64,000 nt of DNA from Naegleria gruberi (taxonomy: Eukaryota), in assembly GCA_000004985.1 (NCBI GenBank), contig GG738869.1, one strand, 5' to 3'. A program made the translations under genes and the position numbers. Under the pieces are notes generated by a model. The model worked only from the letters and a program-made list of their open reading frames with translations. It was not told where the DNA came from and did no database searches. Shown here piece by piece: positions 11,488 to 22,950 of this stretch. Positions within the stretch are counted from its first letter, which is position 1. Each line of letters opens with the position of its first letter.

Positions 11488-12444
11488 ATGATTGTGCCAA
11501 CCTCACCTCGTTCGCAACCATCATTGATTCTTGGTAAAAGAGGAGAATCCCTCCTCTCCTCCAACTCTGTGCACCAAAACACTGATCACCAAACAAATAA
11601 TGCCTTCAAACAATCCCTTCTTGATAAGAAACATCATTACCTACCACCACAACAACAAGTGTTTTTATGTTATGAGAGAATGCCTTCATCACTGCCTGTT
11701 TTTCAACAATTAGATCAAAATTCAACTTGGCCTACAATAGAAAACAATTCTTGTAATTGTCCTTCACCACCAGCTATTATACCTCCTCCTAAGAATACAT
11801 ATTATAATAACAACCCTAATAGAAACTCATCGATACCAACCACTACAAATAATCATCACCACTCAATAACCAATTGTTATGCTGCCCAGCAAATCCCCTC
11901 TTTTGGTAATATGGTTCACCATATTGTAGAAAAGGGATTTCACCACCACAACCCAAATAACAAACGAACAAGGGATGATAATCAAGATGATGCCAATAGC
12001 ACAGATGATAACCGACAATACCAATCAGATATTGTGCCAATGACCAATACTCAAAAGAGAAAGATTGATAATTCCTCCTCGACACTTAAATCTGAACCAA
12101 CAGGATATCAACCTTTGGAAGATTCTACTCTTCTCTTTTTGATGGATCTTGTATGTAAAGTCGTTGAAAAGAAGGAACCTGTACATTCACCCAATTTCAA
12201 TTTGTCCTCGGATCTGATATCGTGTAGTGTAAGCAGTAATAATAGTCATTGCTCAAGTCCACAAACAACACGATCAGTTAAATCCTCTCCAATACCTATT
12301 GCCAATGATGAGTATTCAAATCATGCTAGTAACAATGATGCTGTATCTCATCAGTCATCATCTTTATCATCTTTACAAGAACAGAACAGAAGCAAAAAGC
12401 CACACCGAACAAGTGTCTTGACAATAAAAGAGTTGTTGAACTAA
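11488..12444 (+). CDS. hypothetical low-complexity nuclear protein (putative NLS KRTRDD / QKRKID)
   Basis: ORF open from GTG 11317; first ATG 11488; N/S/H-rich; no domain recognised. Confidence 0.4.
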   Translation: MIVPTSPRSQPSLILGKRGESLLSSNSVHQNTDHQTNNAFKQSLLDKKHHYLPPQQQVFLCYERMPSSLPVFQQLDQNSTWPTIENNSCNCPSPPAIIPPPKNTYYNNNPNRNSSIPTTTNNHHHSITNCYAAQQIPSFGNMVHHIVEKGFHHHNPNNKRTRDDNQDDANSTDDNRQYQSDIVPMTNTQKRKIDNSSSTLKSEPTGYQPLEDSTLLFLMDLVCKVVEKKEPVHSPNFNLSSDLISCSVSSNNSHCSSPQTTRSVKSSPIPIANDEYSNHASNNDAVSHQSSSLSSLQEQNRSKKPHRTSVLTIKELLN

Positions 12445-12675
12445 GATTCTTAAAACCTTTCTGATAATCTCTTCCATACTCATGTGGTGATGTTTGATAA
12501 CTTTTTCCTAATACTCATAAGAGATTTGTCTCTTTCCAATGTGCTTTAGAACTATTCTTGATTGAGGCTTTTGAATTTTTCCACTGAAAGAAAGAGATTA
12601 TACCTTTGCACTGCACCTTTTTAATATCTCAACTCAATTCATCATCATTTAAAAGAATAAAACAGTAAAATAAAG

Positions 12676-13332
12676 ATGCAACAGCCAGTGATTCTTGAAT
12701 CATTCATGATTTTGAATAGAAAAAAAACCTTCAACTCAATCATGAACGTGAACAATCAACATACTGCAACGACAGCTTCAACTGATGTTGAGCATGACCA
12801 TGAAGAAAGTGAGACAATTTCAGTGATTTCAGTCATTATGCCAAATATCCACGAAGATAACAGTAAAAGAGAATTGGATTACTCGAATACCAAGCACCAA
12901 TATAAGCAATGTGATATGTTTGGAAGAAAACATGACTTTCAGTGTGGGAAGAATGTTGAGCCGAAGTTGCGAAAGTACGAGGTTGAACCTTTTTTTAGTA
13001 CACACAATGATTCGAAATATCAGAAATCATTAAAAAGAATGTCACCAAAGCAAACAACTGGCAAAATCAAGAAGGAGAAACATAGAATGCGCACAAGCAA
13101 AATCACTACGATAGCTTTGAGTCCTGTTGTGGAAAAAGAAGAGAAAGAAAACGAAACATTGAATCAAGAGGATACTCCTCAACCAGAACAAACTAATCTC
13201 AATTCAGTTAACAAGGAGAATGAAAAGATGGTAATTGATTCCACCACAAGTTTTGATGTTTTCATGATCATGTTTCTAGTTGGATTATATACAAGCAGAA
13301 AATATGGACAAAAACACAACTCTAATTCATAA
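12676..13332 (+). CDS. hypothetical protein with C-terminal hydrophobic segment (possible tail-anchored membrane protein)
   Basis: ATG 12676; 218 aa; charged K/E-rich body then FDVFMIMFLVGLYTS near the C-terminus. Confidence 0.4.
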   Translation: MQQPVILESFMILNRKKTFNSIMNVNNQHTATTASTDVEHDHEESETISVISVIMPNIHEDNSKRELDYSNTKHQYKQCDMFGRKHDFQCGKNVEPKLRKYEVEPFFSTHNDSKYQKSLKRMSPKQTTGKIKKEKHRMRTSKITTIALSPVVEKEEKENETLNQEDTPQPEQTNLNSVNKENEKMVIDSTTSFDVFMIMFLVGLYTSRKYGQKHNSNS

Positions 13333-13420
13333 CAACTTGCAATAATAAACAACACACTGATTAATAGATTAGTATAATATTTCTTTTTATTTCGAAGAAA
13401 TGGAATTATTGGAATCTGGG

Positions 13421-14702
13421 CTAAAGGTTAAAATCGAATTGTTCCTTATTGCATTCATTGCAAGTTGGAGTTTCAGGAACACCTTTCAAATTCGAAACAA
13501 AATGACTAATCAAAGCTGCATACCACATTACTGCACGATTATTAACCTGTTGAAGACAACTCAATGCAATATAAGGACAATACTTTTTACGTGGAAAGAT
13601 AATATGCTTGGGTTGTACCTTTATATTGTCGGTTTGATCTAGTTTCATTCCAACAATAATCACTTCACATTCAGGTTCCACTCGTTTGATAGCTCTGAAC
13701 CAATTTGGCGTATTTTTATAAGTGATTCTACTCGTAAGATCAAAGCTAATGATACACGCTGAAGCATTTACATAATAGGCATCTCTGAGTGCACCAAATT
13801 TTTCAGGACCAGCTGTTTGGAGTTAAATCTTCTCATTTCAAATCGAATGAAAACTTACCTGTATCCCATAAATTGAGATTTGTTTCCAAATTGCCAATTT
13901 TCAATTGGTACGAATTGACTTCACATCCCATAGTTACTAGATATCGTTTATCAAACTGAAAATCATCATTCATTGATCTGCAAAATGTAGTTTTTCCAAC
14001 TAGAAATTATTAGATTGTGAAATATTTCACAAATTACAACTTACCTCCACCATCTCCAATAATCAAAATCTTTTTCGTTTCAGTATTGTTGTTTAAAGTT
14101 GATGAAGAGTCAACCAATTGATCCTTATGTTGAAATAAGGAAGAAACTATGGAAATTTGCTTGTTAGTTGATTCACTTGCATTCACACTTGGTAATTTCC
14201 TATAGAAATGTGAAAAGTAAAAGTTGAACAGTTCCAATCTCGATTGAAATAATTCCATTAAACGTTGATTCTCAATTGTGGAACCCTCATTCATTGATTT
14301 AGTATCATCAACAACTATATTTTCCTGATTATTGGAATTTCTTGATACTTGATTCTTCTTTAAAATTCCCTCTCTTGTCAATGAATTTTCATACTTTACA
14401 ATAAATTTCAATAATTCATCTCTAATAATATATCGAACTTGTCTAATTGAAAAATTATCAATCAAATGGACTTGTTTAATTTCCTCCCCTTGATCATCAT
14501 CCATTTTCTTCACCTCTCCGAATCTTCTTTTCAAATATTCATTCGCCAATTCATATCGAAAAACCTTACAAACTCTTCCCACTGAAAAAATCATATCAAG
14601 AACATCAAAATATTCGCAGATTTGATAGAGCCAAATCTCTTTCGGAAGATTGATTGCCACTGTGGCAAGAATGTTTGATTCTTCTTCTTCTTGTTGTTCC
14701 AT
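13421..14702 (-). CDS. Ran-like small GTPase with ~210-aa N-terminal extension carrying an F-box-like motif; 3 exons (minus strand): 14702..14045, 13999..13859, 13812..13421; introns 14044..14000 (45 nt) and 13858..13813 (46 nt)
   Basis: Spliced product reads ...KKILIIGDGGVGKTTFCRSMNDDFQFDKRYLVTMGCEVNSYQLKIGNLETNLNLWDTAGPEKFGALRDAYYVNASACIISFDLTSRITYKNTPNWFRAIKRVEPECEVIIVGMKLD..., colinear with Ran (GDGGTGKTTF...WDTAGQEKF...NKVD). Donors are GTAAGT and acceptors TAG/CAG. N-terminus has LPKEIWLYQICEYFDVLDMIFSVGRVCKVFR (F-box-like). First ATG is the 8th codon of the track ORF. Confidence 0.75.
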
Positions 14703-15015
14703 TTTATTTTGTTTTGAGATCAAAGAGTTTTTGAAGAAAATGGAATTTTAATGGAAAGATTAGAAATTCCCGCCAAGAGAATTCAAACGATGAAGGATCG
14801 TGGGTTCGAGACCCATTGGTGGTATCAAATTTTTAGTAACTAATAATTAATTATATCAAAATTAATGAAACAATTTGCAATACTTATTCCAATATTGGAA
14901 TCAATGTATTGAATATATTTCAATATCTTTTTACAAAGACCTATGAGGTCAGTTGAATATTATCTTTCGAATGTCTCTCTCAATGATTATGATAACTAAA
15001 ATTCATCCAAAAAAA

Positions 15016-15918
15016 ATGTCAAAAGTCATCTTCTTGATTTTACTCTTGTGTTTCATCGGTGTCATTAACGCTTCTGGTTCTATTTTCAACCCAACCGATG
15101 CAGAAATTGATCAAATTATCGAAATGTCAGACTCTGAATTTTCTTCTGGCACCAAATTCGCATCCCTCACAACTTTAAATGTTCGTGAAGGTCCTTGCAC
15201 TGATAAGAAAATTGTTACCACACTCGGATCTGATGTTGTTGTTACCTATACTGGTAAATCCATCACTGCCTGTGGTCATACTTGGTTCTCAGTTTCTGGA
15301 ACTTTTGGACAAGGTTATGCCTCATCAACCTATTTGAGACAAGTTGTTAATCCTGGAGCTGGATCTGCTTTTAGAAATTCTGCTGCTCAATGGGCTGCTT
15401 CAAAGGCTGGAAGTTGTTATTCACAAGCCAATAGATATGGAAATCCATGTTATGATTGTTCTAGTTTGGTAGGTTGTTGTGGAGGTTGAATGGTGATTGG
15501 TGGAATAATCTAATTTTTTTATTGATTGATTGATATATTTGAATGTTTCTTGCGCCTATATTAGGTTCATCTTGCTTATAAACAATCTGGTAAGCCTAAT
15601 GTTCCACTCACTACCAGATTGTATCCTAATAGTGCTGTTAAGGAAATTAGTAAGAATGAAATTGCTGCTGGTGATATTTTGTGGAGAGAAGTAAGTAGTA
15701 AGAGTGAAAACAATTGTTCTGAACTCTAGCTCAATTATTATTAATATTAATATTTATATATTTATATTGAATGAAAATTGAAATTTTTGATTAATTAGGG
15801 ACATGTTGGCATGTATCTTGGCAATGGACAAGTGGTTAATGCTGAAAATGAAAAGAATGGTGTTAAAATCAGAACTTTTGCCAATTTCAGATATACCAAG
15901 ATTTATAGAGTTCTTTAA
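15016..15918 (+). CDS. secreted bacterial-type SH3b + NlpC/P60 (CHAP-like) cysteine peptidase / peptidoglycan hydrolase; 3 exons: 15016(alt. ATG 14971)..15468, 15565..15690, 15799..15918
   Basis: Signal peptide MSKVIFLILLLCFIGVINASG; SH3b-like block LNVREGPCTDKKIVTTLGSDVVVTY...WFSVS. NlpC/P60 catalytic Cys motif NPCYDCSSLV ends exon 1, exon 2 continues HLAYKQSGKPNVPLTTRLY...AAGDILWRE, and exon 3 has the His motif GHVGMYLGNGQVVNA. Introns are 96 and 108 nt (GTAGGT..TAG and GTAAGT..TAG). Confidence 0.8.
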
Positions 15919-16030
15919 ATAAAAACTCAATTTATCTACCAAAAGAGAGAACTAAATTCTTATTCTCGGCCTGTTTGAAAAGCTGATGATAATGAGGCTG
16001 TTATACAGCAAAATTTTACTTATATGTGAA

Positions 16031-16111
16031 GCAGGGGTTCCCGAGTGGTCAAAGGGGGTAGACTCAAGTTCTACTGCGCAAGCTTCGTGGGTTCAAATCC
16101 CACCTTCTGCA
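16031..16111 (+). tRNA. tRNA-Leu (anticodon CAA), type II with long variable arm
   Basis: Cloverleaf: acceptor GCAGGGG/CTTCTGC, D-arm, anticodon stem GTAGA/TCTAC with loop CTCAAGT (CAA), variable arm, T-arm GTGGGTTCAAATCCCAC. T-rich tract downstream acts as Pol III terminator. Confidence 0.85.
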
Positions 16112-17324
16112 AATTTTGTATTTTTCTCCTTCAACTTTTTGCCCTCATCTCCTTTTAATATATCACTATCTTCAATATCATGTATAGTATCTACTCTGAA
16201 AATATTGTCTAATGATATAAAGTAGTCACCAAGAAATTCAACAATGATTACAAGCACCTCAAAATCCGTTCAATTAATGCAAATGAAACTTTACAACGAT
16301 TGTAAAACATTCACAATTAGGAATGATAAAATCCAAAACTAATTCAACTGTTCGTTCAATAATTATTTCACCCTTTTGGAATTCGACAAACTGTTTGAGT
16401 TCATTGTATTTCCAATACTTTATACAATCGACAACTTTCTATCGGAATCTCACAACACATGAATGTATACAACATTAGTGAATTATCCAATTCCAAGCCC
16501 ATTCACAAAATGAGAAAGAAAATTCAAATTAGCATTTAGAAGATTCACTTTTTTTAATTAATTGCTCTGAAAAGTCTTTTGGAAACTATTCGAAATTCCA
16601 AAATGTCGTATCAAGTTCAATAATTTGTCATCAAACAAGGATCCAAAATTAACACTTCAGGAATAAAACGAGTCTCTTCCGGAATATCAATGATATTCAT
16701 CCCAGATTTCTATTCGAAAGGCTCTTTAATAACTCGTTACAAAATAGTATCTGAAAAATATTCATGTGTTAACAGAACACCATAAAAAGAGATGATCCAT
16801 GAAATACAAAACATAATGAAAGCACTCTAATGTTGAATTATTGTTGAATTGTACACCTTTCGAATAGTATCAAACCTTTCGTCTACCATCTTGTTCACTT
16901 TTAAAAACACAGTAGACGAAACATGGATTACAACAATATAAGGATTCTGTTCAAAACATGGGTTTAGCATACTTTAATGGATTAAAAAACTCAACACCTT
17001 CCATCATTCCAACACTTTCCATTCAAATTAGTCAAGAATCCACTTTATTTATTCTAATCTTCCAATTTCAAGTAACATGTAACCATTCATTCCTTAAAAT
17101 TCAACACTTTCCAACTTCCTAATCCAGATTCATCTTTCCAAACCGAGTCACCGAGCGAATTGGTAATATGAACGGTTCTTGGGATTTGATTGTCAATTTA
17201 AATTAAAGAATACAAAAACAATCAGAGGTTTCTAAATGAAAATATGCAAAACGTTTGTTGCTAGCAAGAAGTATTTAATCGGATATCAGATTGTTGTTTT
17301 CACTTTCAAAAAAAAAATAACAAA

Positions 17325-18007
17325 ATGACAAGTGGCATGTTAATGACTATTAGTTCGAGTGTAGCTTCTCCAAAGAGGACAAGTGAAAGAAGATTACCGA
17401 ATGGATCTTTGAAGAAAAGTGAAGAACTTTCTCTTGATTCATCTTCAAGTAATTCGAATAGCTCCAATTCGAAAGGAATTTCAAAGAAGAGAAAGACTAG
17501 ATGTTGCAGAACTTTAGATAAAGAAGAAATAATCAAATACTTTTCAGTGAAAGAAGAAGAAGCAGCACAATTATTGAACGTTTCCAAGTCAAAACTCAAA
17601 AGAATTAAAAAAGGTAAGTTGATTTAATTTTTACAAATATAGAAAGTAACTATTATCATTCTGCAGAGATGGGTATTTCACGATGGCCATACAGAAGACT
17701 TGAAGCTCTCAAACAAGAACTCCACGACATTGAAGAAAGAATCAAAAATGTCAACATTCAATCCATCAAACCAACTTATTCGACATCTACTCAATTTTCC
17801 TCCTCCCCAATTTCATCATCTCAGCAACACCAACACCAACACCAACATCAGCAACTTTCCTTACAATTAGAAGAATCGATATTGAAGGGTTCTATCGAAC
17901 TCATTCATCACATCCCAAATATTATTGTAAAACATAGCAATGAACATATTAAGGAAATTGCTAGAAAAACCCAAAGAATTTCCCTCTCTAATTTGCTCAA
18001 CCTGTAA
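17325..18007 (+). CDS. RWP-RK domain transcription factor (~210 aa); exons 17325..17613 and 17667..18007; intron 17614..17666 (53 nt, GTAAGT..CAG)
   Basis: After splicing: ...LDKEEIIKYFSVKEEEAAQLLNVSKSKLKRIKKEMGISRWPYRRLEALKQ, matching the RWP-RK consensus (L..YF......AA..LGV..T.LK..CR..GI.RWP.RK). The intron falls inside the motif. His/Gln-rich linker (QQHQHQHQHQQ). Confidence 0.75.
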
Positions 18008-18968
18008 TTCTACCATTCCTCTGATTCATCCCATTTCATTATTTCTACCCATTCCCATATTAATAAATTTAAATAGTTCGAGTTTACTGAAAATCTCTCT
18101 GAAAATGCGCCAATTTTGCGATCTACATAATTTACAGTGGACAGTTCATGGTTTTTATTAGGAAGTCAAGATTCTGATTGGGTGAAGAGTTTCCTAATTC
18201 TTTCTATTCAGAGTTCTAGATAAAAACCTTATAAACATTCAGAAACCTTATTATTCAGTATGTATCGAATTAAACTTGTTGAATTTACACTGTCTATGAG
18301 GCAATGATTCTACTCTTCCTCGTACTCTGTGAAAGGTTTGTCCACGTGTCTACTGCTGGATATTCAACTTGTTTCATTACAATCAATGAAGTATTGAAAC
18401 GTGTTGATTAGTGTGGAATTGAAAATGGCCACAAATGTCCAATTTTGAATTGGCTTTTGATTTTGATAAAAAACTCTTTAGAATTGGAAAGTAATCGACA
18501 ATAGAAGACCTGAATTGACTTCTATTGATAGAAAATCCACAAAGACTAGATCTTCCCATATATGAAAACGTGCACGATTGCGTGTTATCTAAAATTGTTG
18601 AGTAAACCGAAGTAAGATTCGAAGAACGTCGTAACATTGGAAACTGTAGTTTTACAATGAAATCATTAAAAATCATTTGCACCATTTTGATCTACAGTAA
18701 AGAGTTAATTTAATTTGTTGAATTGTTCAAAAAACTGATGGACATGACAATTGAAACAAGAAAATAGTCCAGTAGCAAAAAATGTCATCCATTCATCACA
18801 AAGACACACCCACATTCTCTCAAGCAACTAGCCAATCAACCACCTCATCAAGTTGGCGAGAAGGAAATTGCAGCCCATCAAAATTCCATTAGCAAGGAAC
18901 GTCAAATTATCAAGGAAAGTATACGAAATTACAACAGTGGCAATGATCGAGATGACAAGAGATTACCA

Positions 18969-20048
18969 ATGGCCAATTGGTTCGATCAAGATTTAATAGT
19001 GGCCAATGTTTTTCTGAATTTAAATCCAATGGAAGTTTTTCATCCACACAGTGGTTGTTTGATGGTTTGTAAGGATTGGAATCAGATTATTTGCAGTGCA
19101 GAATTTGCAAAATATTACTTTGAAACTTCTTTTTGTGTTTCGACTCCTTTTTTCAATGATGAAAATTGTCAAGAATTTGATAATCTTGACTCCCCAATTG
19201 AGCATAATTTAGAGGAAGCAATTGAGAGGTACATTCTTGGCTTGGAACACAAAATTGATGATGAATATGAGGAAGAAGTCAATGATGATGAACAAACAGT
19301 TGATGCATTGGATTGTGTGAAATTGTTTGAAAATGAGCTTGGAACCAAAACTAAATTAATGTGGAAAAACAATTTTTATAGAAAGTTTCTGACACTTGTT
19401 TCAATAATGGAAAGAGGTGATTATCCTCCACTCTGTAATTCAGATTCAGTCTCAGATACAACTCCCCTCCACGAACAGATTGGAAAATTATTGAAACCTT
19501 TAAATCAAAATCAAATCGACAAATTGAATATTATTTTGAAGAAATTGCAATTTTCCAAATTGTTGACCAACTCTATCAAAACAAGATCAGGAAAAGTTGT
19601 AATATTCCATGACTCGGGTTTGCCCTATATTCTATCATCTTTTTACGCAAATGTTTGTCTTGGCAGTATTGTTGTGTTAAATGTCGAAAGGCAATTTAAA
19701 AGTCAACTGTCTATTTTCCTTCCCCCATGCAGTGCAGAGGAGGAGACAACATTTAGAGATGTTCTCTGTGGACTATTATCTCCAATATTGAATATTATTA
19801 AGGAACGGAAATCCAATATCAGAAGACCTCTCAATACATACATGCTATTTTCTCAACAAAAAGTGAATGAGATAAAACTAAAAAATCCAACATTGAAAAT
19901 AATAGAGCTAGCAAGGATAATTGTCAACTGTTGGGAAAATTTGAATGAAAATGAACAACAACTATTTGTTGAAGAGGAAAACAAACTGAAAATGGAATAT
20001 CAGAGACAGTTGGAAAATTTCCAGTACATTATTTCAGGTTTAAACTAA
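18969..20048 (+). CDS. HMG-box DNA-binding protein (C-terminal MATA/Sox-like HMG box)
   Basis: ATG 18969, 359 aa; C-terminal KRPLNTYMLFSQQKVNEIKLKNPTLKIIELARIIVNCWENLNENEQQLFVEEENKLKMEYQRQLENF fits the HMG-box pattern (RP.NA(Y/F)M.(F/W)...W..L....K..Y). Confidence 0.65.
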   Translation: MANWFDQDLIVANVFLNLNPMEVFHPHSGCLMVCKDWNQIICSAEFAKYYFETSFCVSTPFFNDENCQEFDNLDSPIEHNLEEAIERYILGLEHKIDDEYEEEVNDDEQTVDALDCVKLFENELGTKTKLMWKNNFYRKFLTLVSIMERGDYPPLCNSDSVSDTTPLHEQIGKLLKPLNQNQIDKLNIILKKLQFSKLLTNSIKTRSGKVVIFHDSGLPYILSSFYANVCLGSIVVLNVERQFKSQLSIFLPPCSAEEETTFRDVLCGLLSPILNIIKERKSNIRRPLNTYMLFSQQKVNEIKLKNPTLKIIELARIIVNCWENLNENEQQLFVEEENKLKMEYQRQLENFQYIISGLN

Positions 20049-21618
20049 TCATTTAGAATAAATAACTAATAAATAGTATGCACATTGTTCTTAAAATGAT
20101 GATACTAATTGGAAACTATGTGAAACTCCCCTCCAATATTAATTTCTTTCCATGTATAAATTTAAGAACATGTGCTCATTAGAATCAATTCAAAGTTAGT
20201 CATTTAGAACATTTTAGAAATGTTCATATAATCAGATAAATTCCCAACAAAGAAATACTTTTGGAATCGATTTGAAAACTTTGAAATTAGAAAGTTTACA
20301 AAATATTTGAATCGAGCATATTTCCCAATTCAATGCTTAATCCATAAATGTTTTAAATTCTTCCAAATCCACTATTTGATGATTATGAAAATTCGCTAAA
20401 ATTCATCCAAAGACCAAATCTGGAGACTAATCATTTTAATACTTCTCCAAAACAAGTATCTTACAAATCCAAACTCATTGCCCATTTTACAAATATCGAA
20501 GTGTTTAGCCAATATAACTGATTTTTAGTCATACTTTCCCTCAATAATCAACAGTAAACATTCCAATTATCATATTTACCCATTAAGCCATAGCAACATT
20601 GGTTTTTTCGTTGAATTAATGCACTCCTCTTATTATTCTCCTATTTTCACAGTTTTTGGTGAGGCATTTACTTTTGTGAATGGATCGTAATGGCTTCCCA
20701 ATTATGACCAACAAACAACATTTTGACTGGCCACAACAATAGAGAGGTTCATTTCACTTACAATAAAATTATAGTTACTACAGTAATGTGATGATGGTAC
20801 TATTTGCATTGCATACATTACAATAGACACTTCATTGAAGAAGGTTCTTATCTCTCGGAAAGTTTTTTCTCTCTTATCTTCCGAAAATAAATTTGTCCAT
20901 CAAATAAATTAATATTGGTGATGATTAATAATTGTATTGGTGATGATAAAGTACTAGTGTTAGAAAGAAGAAGGTTGTTGGTCAATTTGTTTGTCAGGAT
21001 GAAGAGTTTAGTTCATCATTCATCTTGAAATTTTTTATTCTTGCAGGAGTTTCGTTTGTTGTGAAAAAGTTGTGTGGAATTTCATGATGATTAGAAAGCA
21101 AGCCAAAACATTTGTTCTCTTTAATATACGAAACAAGCCTAACTCCACCAACAGATTGAACAGTTTTTTGAAATTGCCAATGCACATTCCAAATATCCCA
21201 ACATTGCATGCACCTCCACAATGCCACTATCATTCAATGATGTGCTTTCTTTTCCATCAAATATTACATAATATTCAACATTTTGAAGTAGTTGTATCAT
21301 CATAGACGGCGACATGAAACTCTTTAAATTTTGTGTGTTGTGATGATAGTTAGTTGAAACATCAAGTCTACAATGCAAGAATCCTCATATGGTCTTTGCA
21401 TACTTCATAAGCCTTCTCACTCTCTGGACGTGTTGCAAGCCTGCTTATGACTTGTTATTGTAAATACATTCCGAACAAGTCAACCATATTTCAAGCCAAC
21501 CGCAAAGCACGATTTTGCCGTTGTAATTTTCATCGCTTGCTTTAAAAATGCTTTCGTCAGCGTTCTTTAATAATTTTCGTTTCGAAAAAAACAAGCATCA
21601 TACCAACTAACAATCAAA

Positions 21619-22950
21619 ATGGGTAAGGAAAAGTCACACATTAACGTTGTCGTCATTGGTCACGTCGACGCTGGTAAGTCAACTACTACTGGTCACTTGA
21701 TCTACAAGTGTGGTGGTATTGATAAGAGAGTCATTGAAAAGTTCGAAAAGGAAGCTGCTGAAATGGGTAAATCCTCATTCAAGTATGCTTGGGTTTTGGA
21801 CAAGTTGAAGGCTGAAAGAGAAAGAGGTATCACTATTGATATTGCTCTCTGGAAGTTCGAATCTAAGAAGTACGTCTTCACCATCATTGATGCTCCAGGT
21901 CACAGAGATTTCATTAAGAACATGATTACTGGTACCTCCCAAGCTGACGTTGCTATCTTGGTTGTTGACTCAACTAACGGTGGTTTCGAAGCTGGTTTCT
22001 CCAAGGATGGTCAAACTAGAGAACACGCTTTGCTCGCCTACACTTTGGGTATTAAGCAAATGATTGTCTGTATGAACAAGTTCGATGATGAATCTGTCAA
22101 ATACTCTGATAAGAGATATGAAGAAATCAAGTCTGAAGTTGGTAGATACTTGAAGTCTTTGGGTTTCCAAACTGAAGAAGGTAAGCCAAACTGTGTCCAA
22201 TTCGTCCCAATTTCTGGTTGGACTGGTGACAACATGATTGAAAAGTCTGACAAGATGCCATGGTACAAGGGACCATGTCTTTTGGATGCTTTGGATAACT
22301 TGGTTGAACCTGTTAGACCAACTGATAAGCCATTGAGATTGCCACTCCAAGATGTTTACAAGATTGGTGGTATTGGTACTGTCCCAGTCGGTAGAGTTGA
22401 AACTGGTAAATTGAAGCCAGGTATGGTTGTTCACTTTGCTCCAGGTCAAGCTGCTGATACTGAAGTTAAGTCTGTCGAAATGCATCACACTTCTGTCCCA
22501 GAAGCTGGTCCAGGTGACAATGTTGGTTTCAACGTTAAGGGTTTGTCCACCACTGATATTAAGAGAGGTTATGTTGCTTCTGATGCTAAGAATGATCCAT
22601 CCAGAGAAGCTGTTTCTTTCAATGCTCAAGTTATTATCATGAATCACCCTGGTGAAATCAGAAACGGTTACACTCCAGTTTTGGATTGTCACACCTCCCA
22701 CATTGCTTGCAAGTTCGAAACTATCATTGAAAAGATTGATAGAAGATCTGGTAAGACTCAAGAAGCTAACCCAGAAAAGATCAAGAAGGGTGACTCTGCT
22801 ATCGTCAAGATTGTTCCAACCAAGCCAATGTGTGTTGAAGGTTTCGTTGAATATCCACCTTTGGGTAGATTCGCTGTCAGAGACATGAAGCAAACTGTCG
22901 CTGTCGGTGTTATTAAGTCTGTTGAAAAGAAGGAACCTTCCAAGAAGTAA
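21619..22950 (+). CDS. EEF1A: translation elongation factor 1-alpha (EF-1alpha), intronless, 443 aa
   Basis: GHVDAGKST (G1), [12 protein letters not shown] (variant of NKMD), [31 protein letters not shown]. Lacks the 12-aa opisthokont insertion after WYKG. Closest by eye to kinetoplastid, stramenopile and plant EF-1alpha ([45 protein letters not shown]). Confidence 0.97.
   Translation: MGKEKSHINVVVIGHVDAGKSTTTGHLIYKCGGIDKRVIEKFEKEAAEMGKSSFKYAWVLDKLKAERERGITIDIALWKFESKKYVFTIIDAPGHRDFIKNMITGTSQADVAILVVDSTNGGFEAGFSKDGQTREHALLAYTLGIKQMIVCMNKFDDESVKYSDKRYEEIKSEVGRYLKSLGFQTEEGKPNCVQFVPISGWTGDNMIEKSDKMPWYKGPCLLDALDNLVEPVRPTDKPLRLPLQDVYKIGGIGTVPVGRVETGKLKPGMVVHFAPGQAADTEVKSVEMHHTSVPEAGPGDNVGFNVKGLSTTDIKRGYVASDAKNDPSREAVSFNAQVIIMNHPGEIRNGYTPVLDCHTSHIACKFETIIEKIDRRSGKTQEANPEKIKKGDSAIVKIVPTKPMCVEGFVEYPPLGRFAVRDMKQTVAVGVIKSVEKKEPSKK

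Noticed and set aside
14763-14840. tRNA-like T-arm (GTGGGTTCGAGACCCATTGGTGGTA) that looked like a tRNA gene
   Set aside because: No complementary 5' acceptor strand, D-arm or anticodon arm within 150 nt upstream; treated as a 3' tRNA fragment or degenerate relic, not a gene.
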